DNA of 64,000 nt from Lytechinus pictus. Lineage: Eukaryota. Made by a program: the position numbers and the translations under genes. The DNA lies in NCBI RefSeq assembly GCF_037042905.1, contig NC_087245.1, forward strand, positions 39,000,001 through 39,064,000, read 5' to 3'. Positions 12,701 to 23,905 of the stretch are shown one piece after another. Each line of letters begins with the position of its first letter. The first letter of the stretch is position 1. The notes beneath the pieces were generated by a model. The model worked only from the letters and a program-made list of their open reading frames with translations, searched no databases and was not told the DNA's origin.

Positions 12701-15700
12701 ATGAGAAATACAGAGATTGGAGTAGGCCTAATACGGAAGCAATTTAACTCTCATTGAATTTCTGGTTTTTTAAGGTTTAATATGTTTATCCCTCTCTCCC
12801 CCCCTCTCTCTCTCTCTCTGTCTTAATCTCCCCTTCTTTCTGTCTCTCCCATTCTCTCTTTGATATAAAGTGACCTGACTAATTGTGATATTGACCACCT
12901 CCCTTCAGGCGTATTTGATGGTGCTCCTCGTCTTTACAAATTGTAAGTCGTCTTTTTTTTCTTTTTCAACCCTCCTTAAAAATCAATGGCTGCGTTAAAA
13001 CAAGATAATTAGTATCAGTTATGAGTGAAAAGGAATATACCTACTTTAAAATTCAATAAAAATATAATTTTTACTATTTATGTTTAGAAATTGTTATGTA
13101 AACTTGTCACTATAATTTTGTTTTTATATGAACTATATTTTTTCTCTTATTTCCTTTTGCTGGTATTTTTCTATGTTATTTTGATTACAAAACTCGTTCC
13201 ATAACATCTGTGTGAACCACCACGGGTTACTGTTGTTCTGTTTTCGATATTTTTTATTACGAATTTGAGAATTCATTTATTGTAAGTATGATGGACATGA
13301 TCATGCAGAACCTAGCAGTTTACTTTCACATTTTTGTAACGCATTTCAGCGTAGCCCTTTTAGAGATAATAATTAAAACAAAGTTATATATTCATTACGT
13401 TATAACAGGTATATTCGAAATAACAAGTTGAGGTACTTGGAGAAAGGGACGTTTCGCGGTCTCTACAACCTATATCTCCTGTGAGTGTACACCCTATACC
13501 CCTATTGTTTAAATCTTGTACATTTCTTTTCTTCTTTTACTTAATTTATTCTATTTTCTTATTGAAAATTCAAGGAGATCTTATTTTATCATAGTACATT
13601 TAACTACATGATGGTTTTATGCTCAAGTTGCCATCTTGTTGTTTTTGTATTTGTATTTTTTTTTCTTTGGGGGGGTATTTATAGGAATATTTTTAATAGG
13701 AGACTGCACCCTACAATCTCCGCTTTTTAGCTGCCTCCTCCATTCCAAACCCGTTTCATTGCAGAAATCTGGTATGTGTTGATTATATCAAGATGCACGA
13801 AACAAAATATTATGCTGTAATCGGTGGAATGGGAAATAAACGAAATGAAATGAAATATATATGAATGAATATATATATATATATATCAATTATATATGTA
13901 CATGTACATGTATATACAAAAAAGAACAACAACCAAAGAGAAAAAACGCACGTAAATGAGGGGGCTCAATATGGCGTATCGCGTAAAATTGATAAAAGTT
14001 ACAAGCCAGCGAAGCAAGCGAGCAAAAATTTTGATATTTTTATTACATTACAAAAATCCAAGGTTGTGATAAATTTTAACATAATGTTCAGAAAATAATA
14101 TCATATTTCATCTTTAAGCCCTTCCTTTCTCTTGTTTTTTCTTGGTCGTGATTTTCTTCTTTTTTTTGGGGGGGGGGGGGGCAAGACCCCCAGTCCCCCC
14201 CCCATCTGTACACCAATCAAATTTGAATAAATATATATCAACTGCTAATCAATCAAATAAAATATTTATATAGCTTCAACGGTTTACTGCACATATTATG
14301 TTCCAATAAAAAAAACACTGTTTATTTTTGCACTCATTCAATATTCTTTTTTTTTTTTTGATATCCATGACTATCTTCAATAGCTTTGCGGAGTTCAACT
14401 TTTTGACGCAGTTCGACGACGGCTGTTTTGAAGGACTGACCAATCTATTTTTCATGTAAGTCGATCCTCGGGTTGAGATCATTTTGAATCATTTTCGGTG
14501 CAGTAGTAGACCATGGACCTATTATGTCCATGAGTAGACCAACCCTCCTATTCCAAGATTGAAAGAGCACCATCTACGTTATACCCCCGTCACACTTATT
14601 CGGCTTCAGCAGGAATCGAGCAGAAGCTGGAAAGAAAAAATATTCAAAAAATCTAGAAATTTTTGGGAGGAACTTATGAATTCATCAAACTGGAGATGAA
14701 ATTCAGTAAATTGACCAGGTGTATCATCATACACTAGTCAAAATGAATCGCAATGGAGTCAGATTGATAATTCGTGCTACGTTCTTGGACATTCTAGGGG
14801 CATTCTTAATATTCTGACTGCATTCTGAGTGCATTCGAAATATTTTTGTCATTTCTTTTGGCCGTCCCGAAGGTTTTGGTCATGTTAAAAACATTCGAGG
14901 GGTATTCTCGAACGATGTTGGAAGTAGATTTAAATGACCAATTGGTGGTCAAACAATAGTCCTTTCATTCAGGCAAATTCTGCTTGATTCGGAATAAGTG
15001 TGATGGGGGCTTTAACAGTCATACTATTTCTGGATATGGACCAATTGGAAAGATGTGAAAGATCATGTACCTACTAGATGAAGATAGAAAGGTACTCCTT
15101 TGAAGAATAAACGGAAAGATTTTAGCATTAAATGAAAGGAATTCAATTCAAATTAACATTCATTTTCCTTTTCATTTTCTTTTTCATCTTCTTTTTCTAT
15201 TTCCACAAAACATCAATTTTCAATATAATTCATACAAAATTGTATAAGGATCAGCGCCGCTATTCTCGTTTTTATTCAAAAAGATTTTTTTCCTCAGTAA
15301 AATCTAGATTGTCTCTCATCGTTGATACAAGTCCATATCAAACTGCTATTTCTTTTTCGGCAGGATCTTTAAAATATTATACCTGACTGTCAATAATAAC
15401 TAATTTGTATGGAGTCTTTTAAATAGTCTTCATAATGATAAGAACACATACTTTGGAATTCACCATTATGTATCTTATAGTATAAAGCCTAACAGGTCAA
15501 TGAAATGTGCATTATTAGGTTTTTTTCAAATTTTCAATTCAAATTTCCTGTAGAAAAAATCATGACACTAATGGATTTCCGTAGAGTTACGATTGATCCA
15601 ATCAATCATCCAATCAATCGTAACTCTATGGAAATCCATCAGTGTCATAAATTTTTCTATAAAAAAATTAGCACAATGTCCTGTGTCAACAAAGAGAAGC

Positions 15701-18700
15701 ACAGTGAATTTTCAAGAAAACAGTGAATGCATGAATATACATCATAGTTAGAAAATATTTTGAACAACCATGGATAATACATGTTGACGTTGCTGGCCGC
15801 CCATAGTTGCGATTGATCGGAGCAATCGCAACTCTTTGTAATACGGGGCCCTGGGGTGATAATGATGTATCGTGTTTGATTATATTTGATGATATTTTCA
15901 GAGATCTTGAGAAGAATGGAATAACTGATTTCCGTCCTGGTACGTTTCGCGATCTCGGGGGCTCTCTCGAAAGATTGTAAGTATCACTCTCTTTTCCAAA
16001 GATACGAAAATAAATGGATAAGAGACCGACATGAATATACGAATACAACGCATAATGTAACGTGTTGGGCTATAATGCAAAGCATTCGTAATGTACCAGT
16101 AATTGGAGCAGTCATGATTCAAAATTCATATCCAGTTCACAATGTGACATTACTGACGTAAGATAAATAATGTTTCACGCTTTGTCAGATATTTTACTTA
16201 ACATTTAAGTAATTTATAAGTAATTAATTTTTCATTTTTTTATAATGATTACTTTTTTAAACGTTACACATTCTCACATCTATTCAGTCATGACGAACCG
16301 AAAACCTCTCCACATTCTTTACTACTAGACTAAAGATTCATAGCCATATTTCCAGGTATTGATCCCGGAAATAGATTTAATACAACATAATTCATAAATG
16401 GAAAAGAATAAATATAATTTTGTTTCATATGTAATACTTTACGTCCATTACCACTTTTATGATAAATATATTTTCATGGTTTACACTCTTTTATTTTTAT
16501 TTGAAAGGATAATAACTCGCAATAACCTCACATCGATCAACTCATCGCTGTTTTATGGGCTGGAAGACTCATTATTTAGAGTGTGAGTATAATAAGTTTT
16601 CAAATTATTTCAAATTATTTCATATTAGAGTCATGTTAATGACGACTACCGTTGTCGGCATCGGTAACTTTAAATGAAGGGTGGTGGTGGTGGGGGGGGG
16701 GGGTCTTCCAACCTTGGAAATGAATGGGAGGGGGGGTGGCAAAGCTTCCAACTGTGGGAGGGGCATACCAAGTTCCCTTCATTAATTTTGATCCCGCTAC
16801 TGCCAACAATAGAGCTGCGGGGAAGGGGAGCGAGGGGGCGGGGGTATTTGCCCCATGCCTCCCCATTAGTGACACCATTGATCATGGCAATGATGACAAT
16901 TTTGAATTGAACTCGTAATAAACTGATTTTAAAAATGTAATCGTCGATCGAAATGCAAAATAAAATGAGAGAAGTGTAAATAGCCTCTGCAACTGCAGAG
17001 CATTCATGTGTATTCCTTGTTTCCTTCTATTTTTTTCTATGTTTATAATAAATTACAAAAACATTAAAATAAATTACAAAAAAGAAGTCCCAATGGTATA
17101 TTTTGATTGCATGAAATATTAGAGCTGTCAAAATCTGTTTCTAATAATTATCTGTTTCTGATAATTATTCTGTAACGAGGAAGGTCAATGTCAACGTGCA
17201 TGGGGTTTCGTCAAGTGATAACAATGGGCATGCATCCCCGTTTGCTGTATTTATTAAAGAATTCGAAACTTTTCTTTTGTTCTTCTATAGGAACATGGAT
17301 AATAATGAACTGAAGTACATAGAACCAGGGACCTTCCGGAATATGACAGCTCTGCAAGATGTGTAAGTATAAAGAGATATAAAAATAACGACAAATCATA
17401 ATTTACGTTATTAAAATACCGAATATAATTTTTTTATTAGAGTTGGGAGGATGAACTTAAAATCGTAAAACGATTACGTCATGGTGTTGGGTAAGGCTAT
17501 TCCCCAAGTTTGTGAAAAGAGCCCCCCCCCTGATAATATACTTACTTACTTACTTTACTTTAAGTCCACGATGCTATAGGCTTGAGTTGAGTGCCTGTTC
17601 ATCGATCTGCGTCTGTCTCTCTCTAACAAATTTCCAAAGGGTCCATCATCATGGTCTTTTTGTAAAATAACTCCTTTCCTCTACGAACATGCCGAATATC
17701 CACTTTTCCCGCCTTTTTAAAAATATTTTGGCAATTTTTTTTCTCCACAATTTATAATGTTCGTGTAGAGCGAGTCTTATGACATGGACCTCCTTATCAA
17801 AAGACGTTTAACTCATATCGTCGGCTTGGATAATCAATATTCCATACTGCATCAAAATTAAGATAATTTTTTTCATCTCACTTTAGCGTACTGGCTTCTC
17901 TTAGCACGAAACCATGGACCTTATATCCCGAAGTCTTCGAGGGTCTCTCCCAATTGAAATCACTGTGAGTAGTTGTTATTTTTTTATTTTTGTTTACCTT
18001 TTACTCTTTTTGTTATCATTTTACCACAAAACAGGGAAAATTGAACGGAGAGACATAATAATAATAATAATAACAATAATAATAATGATAATGATGATGT
18101 TGATGATGATAATAATAATAAAGCATTTATGAGGCACACTATAATATCTATAATATTACCCTGGCTTCAGCTCCAGCTGCTAAAGGCGCTTGGAGCATAT
18201 AAGGAGTTTTTAAAAAAAGTTTTAAAAAAGGGAAATTTAAGAATCAGTCAGCTGTTCTTCCTGTTCTGTGAATATTTTTTTAGAATATGTAATGCTTGAT
18301 TAGACTAATTGAACTACCCCCAGATATCAAATTTATAACATCATTTGCAGAGTTACAGTTGTGTGTGCTTACTTTTCATTATAAGGGAGCAAGGCTCGCC
18401 AATGAAGGCTAGCCTGAGAAAAATATTTATAGACTCATCAATGTGTTCCTCTGCACGGAAATCTTTAGTAAAAGGCGAAAGATTTATGCGTCTTGCAGAG
18501 AAACCAGAGTAATAATTTAGTGTATTACAAACGTATTGAATATAATATATACTTAAAATATGCTGGTTGATTCAATCAAAAATCGTATTTATACAAAAAA
18601 AGTACATGTTTACAAAAATATAAGGACGCAATTTTATTTTGAAAAATATTTAATAAGAAATGATTAAAAAATTTGTATTATAACATGCGAAAACTCATTA

Positions 18701-21700
18701 AAATAACAGATAAATTCAAGCAAAAGTGTTCGCAAAAGAGAAAAAATTATGAATCGATTACAAAAAATTGTGATCGATTCAATATGTTTCCAGTTTGTAT
18801 ACAAATAGTTTGATTAATCACAATAGTGTTTGTTTTGACAATTGCCTTATTCATTATGTATTTCTAATACCTCCAGTGTAATGTAATAATTCACTGAAGT
18901 TTATAAACAATGGTGTATATTTCGGGGGGGGGGTGAATGGAGGGGAGAAAATAGTACTGATAATCTCCGCTAGGAATGCTAAATTTGATTGATATGATAA
19001 TTGGCTATCATTTCACCATCCCTTATCATTTCACTAAATATCTAGCCATGTCAACGACCCGAGGCTGTGCTGCTTAGCCCCAGCGGAGACCGAATGCGTC
19101 CTCCGGATCCCGCCCCATCCCCTCTTCACTTGCAGGAAGACGTTCCTCCAAAACAAAACCATCAAATTCTTCATCTGGTTCTTGGGTGTTAGCGCCCTCA
19201 TCGGTAACTTCCTGGTCATTGTCATGCGTCTCAACAGCAAGCCAGCGACTCCGGTAGCTCACATACAGTCCATGTTCATTACCAATCTAGCTGCTTCAGA
19301 TTTCTTGATGGGTACATTTTTTTTGTATTTTGTAAAATTTATTTATTCATTTTTATTAATTAACTAATTAAATAATTTATTATTTTTTTGTCATTTATTC
19401 ATTTTTTTCATTAATGAATTGACGAAGTAGTTAGTTAGTTAGTCAATGATTTGATTAATTTATTAATTAACTTATTCATTATATTTATCTATCTATTTAT
19501 TTTCATAAGGAAAAGAAGTTGCACAGATCTATTGTAAACGACATTTACTAACTTAAAGATAAAGATAATGAACAGAGCATGTTTGTCTCGCCTGCAGAGC
19601 ATAGGCGACGCTTTTCCGACGGCGGCGGCGGCGGCAGGGTAGCGTTGTCAGTAACATAAGATCTTTCCACAGCGACCCTGTCGCAACATATTTTGTTATA
19701 ATAATATCAATAATCGATGGCACAAAATGAATCCATAAACACAGGAAATAACCCAAATAGAATTAGGAAACAAATTATCTCTTAAAATCTAAACAATAAA
19801 ATATTTTAGAAGGAGATACCGAGAGGCATGGGGACATTAAGAAACGCAAAATAAAGAATTACCTGAAGGTACAAATTTAGTGAAACTTTTGGGGGCTGCT
19901 GTCCAACATCCCATATTTTCTCCAGTGATGTGAATCACCACATCCCCAGACTTTAGAAACTTGTGTTTTTGGCAGCACTCATGGTTGAAAAAGCAGTTTT
20001 TGAACCCAAAGATCATTCATTAAAGAACGCCGATGAATAAAATTTTTCTGATTGCCGACACCAAATTTGGGCTGGACCTCGAGAAGGCCAGCTACACTGT
20101 TAAAAAAAAAATTATTTTACAGGAAAAAAATAAGAATTTGCAGAAAGCAATAACAGAATCATTCTGTAAATTCATAAAACAGGAATTTTTCTGCAATTTA
20201 ACAGAACAGGTCTGTTTAAAAAGGGAAAAATGGTGTTTCCTTTAAGGAAATTTGTAAGGTTCCATACACCAAAATACCAATTTCCTGTAAGATTACGCAA
20301 TCTGGTAAGATTTCAGGTGTTCTCGAGACTCTGCTACAGGAACTTCTTTTATTTTAAGGATAAATTTTCTAACAGTGTAGTAAAAGATTTTAACTGATCA
20401 TTGTGTTCAGTATTTAAAACATGGTAATATAATAATAATTCTTATTCACCCAGGGTAGCCACTTCAGCTTGTATGAACTTTTCTCCCAGCAAGCCTAGCA
20501 TAACATGGCGTTATTATTATATATTATCGAGCGTCTGAAAAGAAGGTAGGACCCAATTTTAAACTCTTGGTATGACTTTGACTGGGGATCGCACTTCACG
20601 ATCTCCCGTTCATGAGGCGGGCGCTCTACCAATGAGTCGCCATGTCCGACTCCTGTATCAAGTAATACCTCGGTCACATTAACGGCGGCCGTACGGCAAG
20701 TCGAAAACAGTCGTTTAAACAAATGTTTTGCACCAGCTCCATAATAGTGGGGTTTGAATAAAAATGAATAAAACGGCTGTTATCGACTCGCCGTAGAGCA
20801 AATGTGACCGAGATATAATAAGATAACATGATTATGTTCCATTTTAACCAGGTGTGTACATGGTGTTCCTGGCCATAATGGACATCTACATCGGGGAGTC
20901 GTACTTCTGGCAGGGCCTATCAACAGAGTGGCGGTCGAGCGCGTTGTGTCAGTTCGCCGGCTTCATCTCCATCTTCAGCAGCGAGGCATCGGTCTTTCTC
21001 CTAACCCTGATCAGTGTCGACCGATTCATCTGCATTCTGTTTCCCTTCTCCACCAAGCGGTTGACGGTTACTTCTGCTCGTATGGCCATCGTTGGTATCT
21101 GGTGTTTCGCCCTCCTGCTCAGCCTGACAGGCGTGCTCCTCAACAACCTCTACCCCGATGCTTACAGGTATATACACAGGGGGCCCATTTCATAAAACTT
21201 GTTATAATTACAAATTTGCAATAAAAGTGTCAAGCTACTGAAATGATTTGATTCGATTGGCTGATGGATAACCTGATTTTAAACAATTGAGCATTTGTGA
21301 TTGTTACAAGTCTTCTTGAAACGGAACCATCATGAAGAGAGAATTCCCTGCTTTACACTCTAAAAAACGAAGAGCTACGATGATCTAATTTGGCTCTTAA
21401 AGAGCGTGTATAGTGACTGCACTTCGGAGTGCTGATTTGTCTAGTTCAAATTTGAACGAGAAAAATCAGCACTCCGAAGTGCAGTCACTATACACGCTCT
21501 TTAAAGGGATGGTCCGGGCTGGACATATTTATATCTTAATACATACAGTATTCACTGCGCAAAATGCCGAAAATTTCATCAAAATCGGATAACAAACAAT
21601 AAAGTTATTGAAGGTTAAAGTTTAGCAATATTTTGTGAAAACAGTCGTCATGAATATTCATTAGGTGGGCTGATAATGTCATATCCCCACTTTCCGTTTT

Positions 21701-23031
21701 CTTATGTTATGACATAAAATCACATTTTTTTCATTATTTCATACTTGTGTAAATAATATGTCTCCCTTATAATGAAATAAGTTGCAGCAATAAATATCTA
21801 ATGCACTAAATCAGTTGTCAATCCAATTTTTCTAGTTCTTAGAGGAAAAAATTAGAATAAACCTAATTTCATATAATAAAATACAAAAGAACATGTGGGG
21901 ATTCGACATCATCAGCCCACCTAATGAATATTCATGACGACTGTTTTCACAAAATATTGCTAAACTTTAAAATTCAATAACTTTGTTACTTGTTATCCGA
22001 TTTTGATGAAATTTTCGGCATTTTGCTTAGTGAATTCTACTCTATTTATTTGGCTATAAATACTTTCAGCCCGGACCATCCCTTTAAGAGCTAAATTAGC
22101 TCTTCCTAGCTCTTCGTTTTTTAGAGTGTATCGTCCTTAGGGAATTTCAGGTTTGCGCAGTAAGGTTGATTTCCCCAAACCAGAAGGGCCTGTGTCTTCA
22201 AGGAGAAACCTGAAAAATCCCATTGGTCAAAATCAAATCCATAATTTACTATTCGAAATAGACATGAATCAGAAATGAAATACACCGAAAATTTGCATTG
22301 CCCAATAATTGATCATGGGCCCGGCAGCCGCTGAACGCCAAGCAGGGTAGCAGTAATTCCCATCTGTTAACGTCTCTTGGTCTGACGCGGCCGGAGTTTG
22401 AACTCCCGACCTCCCGGTTGTGAGGCGGACGCTCTACCAACTGAGCCACCACACATCTTGCGATCTGATTGGTCCTCGACCGGTCAGCAGACCAATGCCA
22501 AAGCGATTCGGGCTTATTAATTTCTAAGTATTGTGTTTCTTTCTTTACTTTACAAAATGCAGTTTGAGTGACGTCTGCGTGGGCCTGCCCTTCATCCGCA
22601 AATCGACCAACCTCCAGGCCTCCCAAGACGACCGGACCACCAACACCTACCAGACCGTCACCTACTTCACCGAGGCCACGTCGTCCATCTCCACCTGGCA
22701 GTTCTCCATCGCCCTCTTCCTCGGCATCAACTTAATGAGTTTCCTGGTCATCCTCTGCACCTACATCGCCATCTTCATCAAGGTTCGTTTCACCAGGGCC
22801 GAGGCCGGCAAGACCAACCAGAGGTCGCACGATGTCAAGATGGCCATCCGGATGTTCCTGATCGTCGGGACGGACTTCTGCTGCTGGATGCCCATCATCA
22901 TCTTAGGTGTCCTGGTCCAGACCATTGGGGTGGAGGTGACCCCGGACATCTACGCTTGGCTTGTCGTGTTCGTCCTCCCTATCAACTCTTCTCTCAACCC
23001 ATACCTCTACACCATCGTTCACTCTGTTTAA
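3491..23031 (+). CDS. CUB-LDLa-LRR G protein-coupled receptor (GRL101-like / LGR type C, relaxin-receptor related), 17 coding exons, ~826 aa
   Basis: Exons 3491-3545, 4310-4449, 5150-5378, 7846-7983, 9167-9277, 10028-10196, 11173-11244, 12871-12942, 13409-13480, 14384-14455, 15902-15976, 16508-16582, 17291-17362, 17887-17964, 19046-19311, 20852-21167, 22563-23031. All phases are compatible and the total of 2481 nt is open. Signal peptide, CUB, two LDLa, LRRNT, LRRs, hinge LCC, then 7TM motifs GN, NLAASD, DRF, TDFCCWMP, NSSLNPYLY. Confidence 0.92.
3916..4231. mobile_element. ~320-bp MITE, copy 2 (GPCR intron 1)
   Basis: Colinear similarity to 402-718 (gagaatctattgtcaaa, ttttcgacaaagacctct, agaatccgtc, aaaactcgcta). 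Confidence 0.7.
4310..4449 (+). CDS. GPCR exon 2, CUB N-terminal half
   Basis: ttttag| GLVRGECDDFHAGFHDYFSTLVSPDYPDPYPPATRRQWRLEIPEGVQ |gtaat; SPxYPxxYP CUB motif. Confidence 0.88.
5150..5378 (+). CDS. GPCR exon 3, CUB C-terminal half
   Basis: ALIRINALEIERTWDYLRL...VMLDFCSDEFENFEGFSFDVRTRERN; probable GC donor G|GCAAGT at 5379. Confidence 0.85.
5846..6850 (+). mobile_element. Helentron-associated (HINE/pearl/Tsp-like) non-autonomous element with internal tandem repeat array
   Basis: Subterminal inverted repeat GTCTCACCTGCAT (5867-5879) / ATGCAGGTGAGAC (6833-6845); ~5 units of ~163 bp (anchors 5936, 6099, 6261, 6424, 6616); (GCC)n tract and terminal hairpin; A-run flanks. Confidence 0.72.
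7846..7983 (+). CDS. GPCR exon 4, LDL-receptor class A repeat 1
   Basis: CYEPDVETFACASGMQFIHAIARCDRIVDCHDHSDESGC; phase 1-1, donor G|GTGAGC. Confidence 0.9.
9167..9277 (+). CDS. GPCR exon 5, LDLa repeat 2
   Basis: CPPGTSQCEGTDICIYSKYLCDGVDDCPLEDDENC with six Cys; phase 1-1. Confidence 0.92.
   Translation, partial: DALRVHPNVKELIYASILNIFVTEWMTARLRMTRTV
9745..9965. repeat. (ATTT/ATTC)n microsatellite
   Basis: directly visible. Confidence 0.85.
10028..10196 (+). CDS. GPCR exon 6, LRR N-terminal cap
   Basis: SKCPDGCICGEG...FCAAPG...NTTLRTVV; donor |GTGAGT in phase 2. Confidence 0.88.
11173..11244 (+). CDS. GPCR exon 7, LRR
   Basis: 72 nt, phase 2-2: DLHDIPIGHLDPGSFNGATNLNTL. Confidence 0.88.
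11694..12302. mobile_element. Kolobok/T2-type palindromic MITE (TTAA TSD)
   Basis: TTAA-AGGACAAGTCCACC...GGTGGACTTGACCT-TTAA with long imperfect inverted arms. Confidence 0.85.
12871..12942 (+). CDS. GPCR exon 8, LRR
   Basis: 72 nt: DLTNCDIDHLPSGVFDGAPRLYKL. Confidence 0.9.
13409..13480 (+). CDS. GPCR exon 9, LRR
   Basis: 72 nt: YIRNNKLRYLEKGTFRGLYNLYLL. Confidence 0.9.
14384..14455 (+). CDS. GPCR exon 10, LRR
   Basis: 72 nt: FAEFNFLTQFDDGCFEGLTNLFFI. Confidence 0.88.
14584..15011. mobile_element. MITE with CCCCCGTCACACTTATTC termini
   Basis: CCCCCGTCACACTTATTCGG ... CGGAATAAGTGTGATGGGGG inverted ends. Confidence 0.65.
15570..15853. mobile_element. Harbinger-like MITE family (copies at 53536-53810 and 58385-58661)
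   Basis: Near-identical internal sequence gttacgattgatccaatcaatc...gacgttgctggc...atcgcaactctttgtaa..gggccc. Confidence 0.8.
15902..15976 (+). CDS. GPCR exon 11, LRR
   Basis: 75 nt: DLEKNGITDFRPGTFRDLGGSLERL. Confidence 0.9.
16508..16582 (+). CDS. GPCR exon 12, LRR
   Basis: 75 nt: IITRNNLTSINSSLFYGLEDSLFRV. Confidence 0.88.
17291..17362 (+). CDS. GPCR exon 13, LRR
   Basis: 72 nt: NMDNNELKYIEPGTFRNMTALQDV. Confidence 0.9.
17887..17964 (+). CDS. GPCR exon 14, degenerate last LRR
   Basis: 78 nt: VLASLSTKPWTLYPEVFEGLSQLKSL, donor |GTGAGT. Confidence 0.83.
19046..19311 (+). CDS. GPCR exon 15, hinge plus TM1-TM2
   Basis: HVNDPRLCCLAPAETECVLRIPPHPLFTCRKTFLQNKTIKFFIWFLGVSALIGNFLVIVMR...FITNLAASDFLMG. 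Confidence 0.93.
19581..19650 (-). mobile_element. terminal fragment of the same HINE-like family
   Basis: GTCTCGCCTGCA...TAGGCGACGCTTTTCCGACGGCGGCGG is the reverse complement of the 6790-6848 end. Confidence 0.65.
20093..20379. mobile_element. TA-flanked CACTGTTA MITE
   Basis: TA-CACTGTTAAAAAA...TTTTCTAACAGTG-TA. Confidence 0.7.
20666..20814. mobile_element. short palindromic MITE
   Basis: CTCGGTCACATT...GTCGAAAACAG / CTGTTATCGAC...AATGTGACCGAG inverted arms. Confidence 0.65.
20852..21167 (+). CDS. GPCR exon 16, TM2-TM4
   Basis: VYMVFLAIMD...WRSSALCQFAGFISIFSSEASVFLLTLISVDRFICILFPF... Confidence 0.95.
21354..22130. mobile_element. TA-flanked CACTCTAAAAAA palindromic MITE (host of nested insertion)
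   Basis: TA-CACTCTAAAAAACGAAGAGCTA...TAGCTCTTCGTTTTTTAGAGTG-TA. Confidence 0.85.
21501..22087. mobile_element. Kolobok/T2-type MITE inserted into another MITE
   Basis: TTAA-AGGGATGGTCCGGGCTG...CAGCCCGGACCATCCCT-TTAA. Confidence 0.88.
22328..22450 (-). mobile_element. tRNA-derived SINE head plus conserved core
   Basis: Minus strand GTGGCTCAGTTGGTAGAGCG (A box)...GAGTTCAAACTCC (B box), followed by non-tRNA CCCTGCTTGGCGTTCAGC; related copy at ~20525-20645 (-). Confidence 0.75.
22563..23031 (+). CDS. GPCR exon 17, ECL2-TM7 and stop
   Basis: LSDVCVGLP...FLGINLMSF...MAIRMFLIVGTDFCCWMP...LPINSSLNPYLYTIVHSV*. Confidence 0.95.
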
Positions 23032-23679
23032 ACGAAGCATCCTGACACCATTTTAGTGAATGGTATATGTGAAATCACACTGCAGAGCTACTTCGGATGG
23101 GGTGCATGGGGAGAGGGGGAGGGGTAGGGCGATTGTATCTGGAGCGAAGGGACGTCGATTGGGAACGAGTAAGGGTAAAGGAGGGGGGGGGGGGTGGGGG
23201 AATGTATCCCCATTTTCACCAATGATGACCAGTCAGTTTTCTGTCTGTTCCAAATCCTGTTATCTGCATTATGAAACTGGGTCAAGCCGTCAAGGTGTCA
23301 TATGATATAATTGCTCTCGTGACTGCCGATTTGCGTTTATTTATCTATTTATTTATTCATTTATTTATTTATGTATTTATTTATTTATTTATTCATTTAT
23401 TCATTCACGTTTTATTTAAAAGACAATGTTGTCTCATTCAAGCCAAATGGCCTGCTTTACAAGGGGCCCTGTCAAAATGTACATAAAAAATAAACATGAC
23501 ATATACAGGAATAAAAACAGTGAATGAAAATAAATAATAACAAAGGTTTGTCATAGAAAAAACATAAATGAAATGAGTATATAAAAAAATAATATGTAAA
23601 CTCAAAGACAGAGCATGATGGGAAATAATAATAATAATATATAAAAACGATATTAATAATAATAATAATATGCCCATGT

Positions 23680-23905
23680 TTATAGCGCATATTGCATATA
23701 CTCAATTGCGCTTTCATACTTGGTATCATATTATTACCCCGGCTGTAGCTGAGCCGCCTTATAAATAGCCGTTAAAGCGTTCAAGGAATAAATCCTACCG
23801 GGTACCCATTCACCTCACCTGGGTCGAGTGTAGCACAATGTGGATATATTTCTTGCCGAAGGAATGTACGCCATGGCTGGGATTCGAACCCACGAACCCT
23901 TTGTT
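23680..23905 (-). mobile_element. tRNA-derived SINE (second family; partial copy at ~59990-60165)
   Basis: GGTTCGAATCCC B box then CACATTGTGCTACACTCGACCCAGGTGAGGTGAATGGGTACC core and (TAT)n tail on minus strand. Confidence 0.72.

Noticed and set aside
22385..22450. Possible tRNA gene
   Set aside because: Acceptor stem does not close convincingly, it continues into a SINE core, and diverged copies exist, so it is a SINE head
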